From assembly GCA_028023455.1 (NCBI GenBank), contig JAQFVV010000009.1:8494001-8558000 (forward strand): DNA of 64,000 bases. Direction: 5' to 3'. A model generated the notes under the pieces. It was not told the DNA's origin. It worked only from the letters and a program-made list of their open reading frames with translations, and searched no databases. A program made the translations under genes and the position numbers. This document shows, piece by piece, positions 1-12,974 of this stretch. Source of the stretch: Epiperipatus broadwayi. Lineage: Eukaryota; Animalia; Onychophora. Numbering within the stretch: position 1 is the stretch's first letter; every line of letters begins with the position of its first letter.

Positions 1-1356
1 ACAGCTAGGCTCATTTTATTAGAATACAAAAATATAAAATAATATGTAGCTGTTTCTATAGCTTATGTGAATTATCAACAACACTATCGCAAAAAAACTT
101 TTTACAATCGGTTACACTACAAAATTTGATCAACTTTTAGGATTTTAGTTTAAATATATTTCTCATGTGATACACTAATTAAAAATGGCTATTGTGGTAT
201 TTCATTCAAGCTCCACTTGCAAGTAAAAAATTAAACATGTGGTACAAATGAAATTTAATTAATTTAAAATATATTTACGGCATCAAATTTTATCTCGTTT
301 TACCAAAAACTATTTTTTCCATTTCTGTAGTATGATTTTCAAATTGCAAACCACAATATACTTTGTACCCACTTAAAAAACTTTCCAATAACTATAACTT
401 TTTAGTCAATGCTTACCCTCGTTTTGTATTTGTATAAAGTCATTTCGAAATGGTTACAATTTAGACACATTTTTATATTGCAAATTACCAAAGATTTTCA
501 AATAGTTAAGTATCATAAAACAAAAATACATAACTACATAATTGTCCAAAAAAAAAAAAAAACTGCAAGATTCATTAAGATTGGTACAATATTTGCTGAG
601 TTATTAAGAAACAAACAAACTTTCACATTTATATAGTAGTAAAAATTTTATGTTATTAATAATGAACATAATCTTCATAAATACAAACAAATAATAAGCA
701 TTGAGCAGGTTAAATAAAAAAAAATCAGTTATCCATCAGAAAATTCTTTACTTTTTTAAAAAAGAATTGCTAATGGTGAGTATACTTGTACAAATGATAG
801 CAAATAAAATATTTTGTTATAAATGAAAAAATATTTAAAATATTTATTTTAACTTGCATATGAGAAATTGTATCACATTGTGCTGCAGTCACATTTTTTA
901 AGCTAATATAAACAGAGCTTTTGCATATGACTATAACATTTCTTTTATTATATTGTGAATATTTCATGTAAATATAAAAATATTTAATTTATCATAGCAT
1001 GATTATTTTACAATTTTACTTTTCAATCATTCTATATGACAATGCAATAGTATATATTCTCATTACTGTGTCCTGCATCGTTTAGAGCAGTAGTAGAATA
1101 GTAAAACTTGAGAGCTCAATGGATCACAGCTTGGCTGTCATTTCCAATGCTCAAACTTCTTATAAACTTCTGATCAATAAATCATTCAATTATTTATTTT
1201 TTTTGCTCATTATTGTAATACTGTACATTGTCATTAGTACTTTCTTTTTATCATGTTCCCCAAAGATTTTTTTTTTTTTTTTAGGTAACTCATAAACTTG
1301 TGCAAGCCAAAATAAGTAAACTCATTAATCTTTTCTTTATTTATAAAGTAGAAAAT

Positions 1357-1645
1357 AAACAGGCAAAACTCTCCATACAGTAGTGCCACTCAGTGCAAGC
1401 CAGAGTAATCAATGGATGCCAGAAGGCTTGTGTGTAAAATCCCTATCTAGTGGTACTTATCCAATATCCCCAGACTAGTTTCTGGCTTGTGGCCTTTATC
1501 AGTGAAAAGTCTTGGATCTGAGAGCACTGCACCTTCTGGCATCCGTTGATTACTCTAACTTGCACTGAGTTGCATTAGTCTATGGAGAGTTTTTCCTGTT
1601 TTAATAACAGTTATGATCAAGCATAAGAAATGATGATCATGTGAT
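1357..1645 (-). mobile_element. Hammerhead-bearing short repeat (PLE pseudo-LTR-like), copy 1, with inverted (fold-back) duplication
   Basis: Arms AAACAGGCAAAACTCTCCATAC..GCCAGAAGG (from 1357) and CCTTCTGGC..TATGGAGAGTTTTTCCTGTTT (1532-1602), then a tail ending GATCATGTGAT. Minus-strand core is CTGATAA..GAAACTAGTC (one core substitution). Confidence 0.75.
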
Positions 1646-2804
1646 ATTTATTGGTTTAATATTTATATTTATAATAATCGAATTAGTTCTAAAGGAATAT
1701 AATTAAATGACTGCTATTTTGTCAAAAAAATTTTTAGTATTATATTTAACAGATAATTTTTTAAAAATAAATAAATTCAATAGTAACAGTTAAAATAAAA
1801 ATGATAGCTCAAAGTTTGAACATAAAACTAGCAAATTATCATGATTTGCACAAAAGTTAGCAAGTATTCATAACAGGTAATATCTACAAATAATTTTTCT
1901 GTCTAAATAATACATGATTTTAAAAACTTGCTTTTACTTTTAAGGAAAAATAAACTTTTATAATGAGATTGAATAATAAATATATTATAAATAGAATGTT
2001 ACATACATCAAAATACTAGTCAGTTTGGAATCTAGGATAACTTTAAAATATCTTAGTAATCAAAACATTTCATTTAGAATAATTTATTAGATAATACATA
2101 TCATGAGATTAAACATAAGTCTACTTTTTATACAATAATTACACAAGATATAAGAAATTGAGACATGTCTGAGAGGATAAGATTACTGACATAAAATTAT
2201 TTTTGAGATCATTAAGAACTACGATAACAATTTTCTCCATTTTATCTTAATCAATTATGGTATTATTATACTGCTTCTAATGTTAGTAATGTGTTTTATC
2301 ACAATCTACAAATGTTTTTGTCTTTTAAATTGAAAGTTTTCAGTGAATATAAGATGAGTTTCATTAGACAGTAATATATATGGCATGTGTCCAAGGTTAA
2401 GTTGATTGAACAATATTAACATTTATTTCACAAAGATAATGTAAACTTTTTTGTTGGAATAATTAAATTCCATAACTCAGTTTTGTAATAGCTTTATATT
2501 TTTATATAAAGTCCCTATGATATATATTTTATTTATCACATGCACATCATTATATTACTATATTTTGTATATATACATTTATACATAACAATCTATAATT
2601 TTTATTATTGGCTCCTTTTGTTTTTGTAATAAATAATCATAGCTAAAATATAAGTAATAAAAATGAGAGTAATTGTATATCAACACCTATAAAAACTGTT
2701 ATATATGAATAGGATAAAATTATATGTTCATGTATATTTATATTCATGTATTTGTATTGTTTGTTATAGTTCTGAAGATTGTTGGGGTAATCAATGGGCT
2801 GCAA

Positions 2805-5800
2805 TTATAATGAAGCGGAAAATATATTACACATATTTTTGCATCACTGTCTGGTGATTCAAAACCTTGAATCAGAGGTTTAAACCCAGCTATATATGTG
2901 TTAAATCACTAGAGAATGAAAGGACGTACCTACAAGTTTTAAAACCCTCCTTTATTTTTGTACTTTCATAAGTTAAACATTTTTATTATAAAAGAATATT
3001 TAATAAATTTAAGTCGGAAATATTTAAATTTCCATTCCCTTTAAGTAATCATGCATGTGTGTTCAAGATTTGCAAAAATACATTATTGATAAAAAAATAT
3101 TTTTCGTTATTAAATATTATGTATATTTATTGTACAGTTCGCGTATTTTATTTTATGATGCAATACCAAAGAAAGTTCTAGAGAGTAATTAAAATAACTC
3201 TGAAATGTATAAATAAAAGAATATTCTAGATTTAATTTAAAAAGGGTAATTAATAAATTAAAATCCCTTAGCAAACAGAATACTAATGAAAATTATATCT
3301 TTTAAATCTATTTCCATTCTCGAAATAGATTAAAACAATACTCTCTAGAACTTGTCGCATCATCGTTGAAAATAAACAATAGGTGCAGTCTGGCCACTTA
3401 ATGGACATCCGGGCCAAATAGAGCCGAAATTTTAGGCTGTCTCTTGGTTCGGCATCTTAAACAGTGTTGCAGAACGGACCCACATCAATTTAAATTTTGA
3501 AATATGAATCCGGAATAGAGGGTCTAAATTTGCTTCCTTTTTCTTCTCCAAAAATCGTTTCCACACTGCTATGCTAACCCACCATCTCCACTTATGGACT
3601 GCCTAATTTAAATGCTGTAATAACTATCTCAAGAAGCCAGCCATTATTTTTCAAAGCTTTGCCTTGCTTAACCGTGTTGTCCTCATTTATAATTTTACAT
3701 TTTCCAATCCGTACGTACGTCAAGACATCAGGAAACGGAAGGTAAATCCTAATCATGCCACTAATATGAACTCTTTCAAAACTTTCATTTTAAAATCTAA
3801 ATCATTTGTAATATAACTCTTTTATTTAAGCATGACATTGTAATTCTAATTGTAACCATTCTATAACGTAATGACTTTCTCTTTCTGTTATAAAAATCTA
3901 ATGCACGAATTTATAATTTTGTTTTTTTGTAATGCATTTCTTTAATTGGTTTCACAATTTCTATTTTTAATATTTTAAATGCGGTAAACTTTTATTTTTA
4001 ATATTATAAATTTCGTATGATTTAATTTAATATGCTAATAGTTTAATCGAGCGAACCAATCCTAAATTTTCTTATATTAGATATCCTAGATATTATAGGA
4101 TGTTAAATCGTAAATGTAAGCTTTCTTACCTAATTAAAAGTTCGCTCGATTGAGTAACATTTTTAAGTTATTCTATTTGCTTAGTGGCAGATTATTCGCT
4201 GCTACATTTTACTATGTCACTTTATTACCATGTTTACGCTATTGATTTTATTTTCAAATTATATTTTAAAGTAAACTTAATGACCTACCTTTGCTGTTTT
4301 TTTTATTACATGGTCAATCATTTGCCCATAACGCCATCTAGTATGCTAATTATTTATGAATTAATTACTAGTTAGCATATTAATATTTGTTTAATGAAGG
4401 GAACAATATTCCCTCTTTTATGTGTGACATCCTAACTAATATTAAAGGTCATTTGCGTACCTTTCGAGAGGGATCAAATTATTTCATATCATTATGCTAG
4501 ATTCTATTAAATTACGAGGGCCTTAATCCACATATCGGAATTATTAAGAACCCGATTTATATTTGTTATTAGCGTTGCTTGGCTTACATAATGTTATGAA
4601 ATTACCTCGCTTTGCTTTGTCAAACTAAACCCCGGAGAAACGGGATTCTTTTACTTAATGGCATAACCGTGAATGGAACTCGGAAGCACCGGCTCCAGAA
4701 TGTCAGGTTATCATTTAGGCTCTGCATGGGTTAACACTGGAAAACAGACCGTGATAATTCCTACGAGACCACCCTTTTCAAATGCTAACCTGTCACGTGT
4801 ACAGGCACATTTCATATTCTTATATTATTGATGAAGGGTTCGTCCTAAAATGAACTCGATCTATTCTAGAGTTATGATTTAATCAGCACCGCAATTCTTG
4901 TTTAATATTTTAATATTTGCCCATTTTAAATCTGTAAGACGTAATGCCATGATTTCTAAATCCAGCTCATATTTTCGTTTATATTATAAGTTAGGTAATG
5001 TCATTTTAAAGCTTACTTAAGCTAACCGCCCTCTCATTGAGACAATGCTGAATGCGCTAACAAATAATGCTAAGTAAATCTTTTCCAGTCAGAAAAGAAT
5101 AGAATAAAATACAAATAACTTTTCTATTTTAAGGTCTAATGACTATTGAAGTGAATAATGTAAATTATAAAATATTTTTGTACGTGGTTCAAATGAACCA
5201 TAATAAATTGATATAACTTATATCCTATTTATGTTTTAAGGTCACTCAATTTTAATAAAGTAATCCTAGTGACCACGTTATATAATATGGTAAAATTGGT
5301 ATCTACTATTAGCATATTAAACCGCATCTTTTGAATATCTGTATATTTTTTTGAATCATAATATCCAATCACAGATTTGCGCATTATTTAATCAGTAACT
5401 TATGTTCTATTATATAATTTTTCAATACGCAAATCAGCATTAATAACGTAAAACCCATAATTCTATTAGTGTCATATATAAATAGATTCGCAACTGTTTG
5501 TAAAGTAAATATCTGTTTATTCATTTTTTTCTAATTAATCTTAATAAATTATTAACTATATAATTATTATTTAAGTCTGCTTTGCCTCATGATTTATGCA
5601 TACACATCATTAATTAGATTGCATTATATATAGCTGATTTCCATTGACCTTAAGCCAATTTCTAGATTTATTAATGAATTTTATGAAAAGTCTAATTATA
5701 ATCTTGAGCTAGTTCATTCTGTTGGGGGGCTGGGTTTGAAGCCTGGTAGTTTATAATTCCCTGTAGATCTCGTTTCTCCGCTGTTGCTCCGGAACGGGTA

Positions 5801-5982
5801 TGAATAAAATTTCATTTGTTATCATCAGAAGTGTTGTTCGTAATGTTATAGATCTGGAAAATAGGCAAGAGGGCAGAGTTCATGATTGTTCCTGATTTAT
5901 GTATCTTGCACATGATTGGATTCGAGGTAATTTTGCCTAGATGCTAGCTCGTTAAGACGAACATACAATTCTGACCGGTACA
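2805..5982. mobile_element. Unclassified ~3.2 kb non-coding unit 1 (candidate giant solo LTR)
   Basis: Collinear similarity to 6509-9687 in many blocks. Both share the sharp end CATACAATTCTGACCGGTACA. CpG-rich relative to flanks; no long ORF. Left boundary approximate. Confidence 0.5.
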
Positions 5983-6508
5983 ATAAGAAGCATTATAAAA
6001 GTAATAAAGAATGTAAATTATATTAATATTATATGAGTAGGGTTTACTAAGCATATTAATAAAAAATAAATAAGAAAAAAAAGGTAGGTTAAAGGATTTA
6101 GCTAGTCAAATCGAAGCTGCAATGGAATATAATCAGTAATTTAAAAGAAGTAGTGGAGGACTATTCTCATAAAAATCTGCTTGTCTTCTAAATCCATACA
6201 AAGAGTGTAAATACTTTGCAATATAAGATATAGCGCGCGCGTACACATGATGGCATATAACAGGTAGCAATGAACACGTCAGAATAAAATAAGCATTAGA
6301 TACATAGCATGGCACTAAGTATATTGTATGAGCTAACTATTGCATAAGTTGGATCAGATGAAGATTCAGATCAAATATGAAGATGTTGCTATTGAAATAG
6401 CATATTAAAAGGATTGTATAAGTCCATCTCCAACACTGAAGAGAAGGTAACACATACATTGTCTGAAAATTGTATGTACACATATATATATTAAGACTGT
6501 GCAGGTAG

Positions 6509-9500
6509 TGTTCCAGCTTAGCTGCAGCTGTTAAGACATAAACCAAAGTGGAGTAGTGAAGCACTCAAATCTGTTGCACACATTTGGCTTCACTTTCTGG
6601 TGATGTTTGAGACTTGCAAATATGGGTTCAAACCCAATCATTTAATTATAAACCACTAGGGAGTGAAGGTATACCAATGCCGTGATTGTTTATGTCTCTG
6701 TAAACTTCTACTCGTCTAAAGTTAATATGCATATAAATTATATATTTCTATTACGGTAAACAATGGTGCGTATGTGTGTGTAACAGATAAAGCTTAATAA
6801 TTAAAAGCGTTATACTATGTATATTTTTATTCATATATATTCTAATAGAGAGAAAGTTCGAGAGTGTAATGCGAGTGTATTAAATAAAAGACATACCGTA
6901 TTTTAAATTCCGGAGGAATCTGTTTTCATTCTGATACAGATTTATTTAAATTTCACATTACTTAACATTTATTCCGCAGGTCTATTTTCATCCTAAAATA
7001 GATTAAGACCAACACTCTCGAACTTGATCTCGTTTGTATTTCAAAATTTTCTGTATCATTGTAACCATTAACGCATCTGGGGATTACCTAAAAGCAATAA
7101 CAAACGAGTATAAATACCACTGCATTTCCTAACTAAGGAGCTCTACATATTAATTTCTAACCCTGTTGCTGGGGGAAGTTACGTCACTCAGAACCGCAAA
7201 ATGACGAGTGAGTAGTATTTAGATTTGCTTCCCCGGTCCTTCCAAGATCCATCCAATGCCACAATACTCGTAAGCCATCGTATCCAAAATACTGCCGGAA
7301 TGAACTATATGCTACAGAAAGAACGGACTGAAATGAGAATTTCGTCAAAATACTGCTAAATTAACTAGATTTCGTCAAACATGGAACTAACACATGTGCA
7401 CACGGCTGTAAAGTCATCGGAAAGAAAGGTAATCCCCTGCCACAAAACTGAACTCTAATGCTTTCGTCCTAATAAACCTTTTAACTATAAAACGTAAATT
7501 TCAACTTTCGATAAAATTAATTCCAACCACCTAATGTATGTCTTATTAAACATTTCTAGTTTTGTACTCTTTGTAATGTAAAAATGTAATTGCTTGTTTT
7601 TCCCATCGGTAATGCTACACCGATTAAATGCTTAAATAATGACCTCCTTTTGATTTCTTATTGCTTTTATATTTAAATTGTATTTTACTCTCTAAACTTG
7701 AATACTAGGTTTTCACTCTTATTGTATTTTTATTTTAAATGCGGCAGTTTTTCGTTATTTAATATTGTACAAATCATACCAAATTTAATATGCTAATAAC
7801 TCAATCTGGCGAGTCAATCCTATTGTATTTTTGCTATTCCGCAATTAAGGAATATTTAACCGTAAACGTAAGTCTTCTTACCATGCTATAAAATTCGCCC
7901 GATTGAGAAGTACTCCTAAATTGTGTTTTATTAATTAATATTATGCCATTCGACAAAATTTAAATATATTATGTACTATTATTTCACGCTATTGATCAGT
8001 ATTATAGAAATTGAGTAATAAATAAATTTAGTTCAGAATATGTATTTCTAAATGATGATTCATTTGATAAGTAGCCCGCCATCTAACAATGATTTAAGAA
8101 ACTTATTTCTCAGGCGGATTAACATGCATTTAGCGAAGGGATTCTTAATTTTGTTTTATATATTCTATTATTAATATATCAAATAAGTTCTTTAAGTAAA
8201 TTGTATGCCCCCTTTTTGGGATTGCTTGGATATAATTATTTCATTACGCTAGGCTTGATTACCAATTAAGGCCATATAAATCAGGATTAAGACAAACCTG
8301 AAAGCCTTCGCCACGTGTCCCGATGATAACGTTCAAAAATCAAAAGTTGCTTCATCATACTCTCTCTCATTCTTGGAATCCATATAGCACAATTCTCGGC
8401 GGAGTGTGGAGGTCCCGACTCCCACAGATTGTGTTGGTTCGGTAAGCGCTGCTATGGGTTAACATTCGACAAATCGGAACCATGGTATCTTGCCAACCAC
8501 TTCGGATGCTATCCGTCACAAGTGTGGATAAGCCTATATTCTTCGTTATCAAGTTGATGAAGCTCCTCGCCCTCTCAAGCGTTATCATTCGGTCCGCACG
8601 TTATCGTTCATACTCCCCATACATATTTTAAATGTCTGTAAGCCGTAATGATGTAATTCTCCTAAGCCTTCCCAAAGTTTTCGTTATAAAATAGATTAAA
8701 TTTGCCCTTTTTATATACGTCATCGCCTATTAGCGCTATCCACCCTTCGTTAACCGCTATTAAACACGTTAATCATTGATTATTAATAAAACTATGAATG
8801 CCAAGTCATATGACCATGTTAAAATAATTATGTTTTTCCTCATTCTCTTCATAATATAATAAATGATGAATCATCTCGTAATGTCCCAAAATAACTGATT
8901 TATAGTTAATGTAACTCTTAATAAAATCCAAATGTAATCCAAGCTCGCTAGATCATTTATTGTTTAAAATGTGATGGTTAGAATAAAAGCCCACTCACAA
9001 CTATTGAATTTTGTTATATTCTATGTAATTGGAAATCATGTCATTACTCAATCTAATAGCCAGGTATGGCCATTGCAATCCATTATAGTTTTCATGATTG
9101 AAGAATGTCATAGCGTGAATAATAGAAACCCGTTAAATTATATTAGCATATTAAGCCGCATCGTTCATATAATAAATTTATTACCATGTATGTTTAGTAA
9201 TGCATATCCATCAAACCTTGTTATGCCATTAAGGTTAGTATGGAATGCATAGGTGACCATAAGTGAAACCTAGATCAGGTATTCTTTGTATAATCAAGGT
9301 TCTAAGTCATTGTAAATCTCTATATCTAGCTGTTCACATATAAATCGATTTCTAATATTAATTTCATGTTAAATAAATTTACATTTAATAATCTATCTTT
9401 TGGAGATTTTATTGGATCATGCGTACACATCTCTTATTACTTTGCGTTATCATTTAGTTAAGCTTAAATCTCTTGTGTCTCTGCTGAACCCTCTGGGCCG

Positions 9501-9687
9501 GAGATAATTGGAAAGTAGGTTGCTATCGTCAGAAATGTTGTTTGTAATGTGATAGATTTGGGAGGTGGGCAATAGGGCGGAGTTCATGAGTATCCCTGAC
9601 CTGTGTATCTCGTATATGATTGAACTCTAGGTACTTTTGCTTAGATCCTAATTCTTGTTAGATGAACATACAATTCTGACCGGTACA
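6509..9687. mobile_element. Unclassified ~3.2 kb non-coding unit 2 (candidate giant solo LTR; TGT..ACA, 4-bp GTAG flanks)
   Basis: gtag|TGTTCCAG at 6505-6516 and CCGGTACA|gtag at 9680-9691. Homologous to unit 1 at an offset of ~3.7 kb. Confidence 0.5.
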
Positions 9688-12487
9688 GTAGGGGTGGACA
9701 ACAGTCAAATATAGAAGAATATTGGTCTTCGAGTCAATACCATATATAGCAGTAAACATACCATCACAAAGAAATCAAGGTCACCATGGTGAAATGACCC
9801 AAGATAAAAAGCACCAGACCACAGTAATCTAAGCTGGATAAACAACAACTCTGCAATCATCTGTTATTTGAGCAAAATCTGAGGAGTGATAACAGAACCA
9901 CAAACTGCACATTCTTGCAATAATCTTTATGTTTATATGAATAATAAATATGTTAAATTATAATTGGAGTTTGTATTATAGAGATTAAGTTGCAGAACAC
10001 AACAGATACAATCTATCTTTTAGTTCTATGGTAATATAAGCTATTTTAAACTAAAGGGCAAATTTTGTCTATTATTTTATGTTCAGATTAAATAATCTGA
10101 AATCATAGTTATTTCAATTACTTATATTTGTTTTTATAAATTCAACAAATTTTCTCTTGAATTTGAAAAGCAACTTATTTAAAATATCTCTGCTGTTAAT
10201 TTGGGTATTGATTTTGTGTTAAATGCAGAAAATTCATGCAATACCTTGAAACTAAAGAGTAAAATTGTACAAATTCTGATAAATCCAAGTTGTTAAATGA
10301 ATGGATAATGAATTATAATCAAGTACAATTAAGTTTTGCTGATGCTGATTTAGACTAACTATTAATGAAAGCTAGATAAATAATTACTCTGAATAAATAA
10401 AAAAAATTGCACTTTTCTCCATAAGTAAGGAGATAATATGACATAAAAATAATATCTTGGATATTTTTTTTGCTTTAATCAATAATCTATCTAGAATGTG
10501 ATTTTTATTAATAATTTATCTGTTTATTAATATTAACCAAAACAAAATTTTAAAAATATATGTGATTTTATCTTATTTGATCAATTAGAATTTTTATGTT
10601 CATATTATGAAATAGCTAAAGTAAATATACTAGAATATTAAATAAAAGTTACAGTATCATGAAATTTAATGAGTGATTATTTTGCGGAGTGATCTTATTT
10701 CAAATATAATATAGTTGTGGAATATATGGATGTCATTTTGCATTTGAGATAGTTGTATCTTCTGAATTAAAGATGTTAAAAGGTTTAAAATAGAAGGCAA
10801 CTTGTGTATATATGTAAATGAAACTATTTGCATTAAAAAATGTATAACAAATAATGTCCATAACCAGGGCCAAGGAAGGCAGTAAGCAAAGCATAAGGGT
10901 GCTGAAACGAAGGGTGCAAAAATGGTGTAGAATTAAGAATACATTTTTATTGTTACGAATATTAGTAATTTACAATTATTAATTAATGTGGCTTGATTCA
11001 TTATTTCTACAAAAGAAGGCAATATAAACATATTAAAATAAATAATAACTTCTTGAAAAATGATTTGCCAGTTGTCTTCTTATGCTGGATTTACACAATT
11101 CATATTTCACATCAACTTGCTGTGATGTGAAAATAGAAGCCCATTTTACTATTACTATCCATGCCTTTACATATATATTTTATAGTTATTTGCTATCTCT
11201 AAAATAAAAATAATAAACATAACATCAAAATTTTTATTAGTTTATTATAAAAATATCTTAAATTTCTGTGTCAAGCAAAATTTTAAAAAAAAAAATCCAA
11301 AACGTCTCTGTATTTTTTATAGCAATTGATATTCTTGTAATAATTTTGGAAAAATCACGGTTTTCTATTTAGTTTTAAAAACAACACAAATATAACTTTA
11401 AAGAGAAATAAAAAGGGGCAATTGGACTAATAAAATACATAATACTGTATACATGTGAATAAATTAGTTAAAATAAGATTAGTAAAGCAATATTTATATT
11501 AATGTACACACAATGATAAAACTATTTATAGTAGTGACATAAATTTTTAATGCAATAATTAAATATGAATGTGCATATATATTTAAATATAAAGCAGTAC
11601 TATTTAAAAATATTTAGGTAAAGTTATTTGAAATAAAATCTCAATTATTGTGAGAATGGTAAATAAAATAATCATTTATTTTAATACCTGTAATATAAAT
11701 ATTTATTGTAATTTTGTGATTTGTATATTTAATTTTATTAAAGTATAATATTTATTTAAATGTTTTAAAATTTTATGTGCATACCTCTCAATTGTTCTAA
11801 TAAATAAACAAAGCAACAGAAAAATATTTATCAGGTAAAATGCGTTCAAAAAAAAAGGAAATTTAAAGATGTTTTTGAAATGTAAAATTATAAGCTATTT
11901 TGTCAATTGCTATAGTTTAAAGCAAAAATTTAAAAAAAATGGTACACACCTGCATTTTAAAAATTAATAGAATTACTTTTTGTAAACAATTTTCTCAAAA
12001 ATGCTAGAAAATTTCACCTCTAAGGAGATTACTAATTATCTACTTTACAACTATACAAATGAAGAAAAACAACTTATTGTAATTTTCTTAAGGATTATCT
12101 CATAAACGGACTGATTCAAAAGATAAAATTTCATCAACATTTATTGTTCTATCAGACTTAATTCTTCTCAGTTCTCTGTGATTTTATAATTAACGCCTCA
12201 AAGATTTTCAATCATTTTTATTTAAAAAAAACATTCTAAAAGATTTCATCAAATAAAAATTATTCAAACTCTTAAAAGACTTTAAGTGAAATTTAGGTTA
12301 TAAAGGATATTTGTTATTAATTATTATTATTATTATATATAGTTGCTCAAGTAAAAAAAAAAAAAGATTCTGTAGATAATATAATTTAAATTATATGGTA
12401 TTATAATTTCAATATCATGACTTGTTATGAGTGTAATATGTTTTGATGAGATTGTTAATATTAATTATTTATTCATAATTTAAATAT

Positions 12488-12779
12488 ATCACATGATCAC
12501 TATCTTATACTAGCATATAATTGTTTATAAACAAAGCAAAACTCTCCATACAGTATTGCCATCCTGTGCCATCCAGAGTAATCAATGAATGCCAGAAAGC
12601 TTGTGCATAAAATCCCTATCTAATGCCTACTCATCCAATATCCCCAGACTAGTTTCTGGCTTGTGGCCTTCTGGCATTTCATTGATTACTCTGGATGGCA
12701 TAGGGTGGCAATACTGTAAAGAGAGTTTTGCTTTGTTTATAAACAATTATGTGCTAGTATAAGATAGTGATCATGTGAT
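12488..12779. mobile_element. Hammerhead-family repeat, copy 2: ~290-bp palindrome including the tail on both arms
   Basis: ATCACATGATCACTATCTTATACTAGCATATAATTGTTTATAAACAAAGCAAAACTCTC.. is mirrored by ..GAGAGTTTTGCTTTGTTTATAAACAATTATGTGCTAGTATAAGATAGTGATCATGTGAT with a few substitutions. The ribozyme is truncated at the fold-back junction (12666-12670). Confidence 0.8.
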
Positions 12780-12974
12780 GCTTAATGGGTTAACACCAAT
12801 CCTGCCTAATAGGATAGTGGTGGCTATGGTTGTTAAAGAGCCAAAGACACCAAAATGTATGGGCACTGAACTGAGTTCAGACCCATATGACTATATAAGC
12901 TATTGAGCTTAGATTGAAAATATTTTTGTGTTTTCAATTTCATTCTCATAGTTTTGTAGTTAAGTAGAGATAAA

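Noticed and set aside
5822-5828. CTGATGA / CTGACGA (minus strand; also 9526-9532) as hammerhead cores in units 1 and 2
   Set aside because: No stem II followed by GAAA and a cleavage triplet in both copies.
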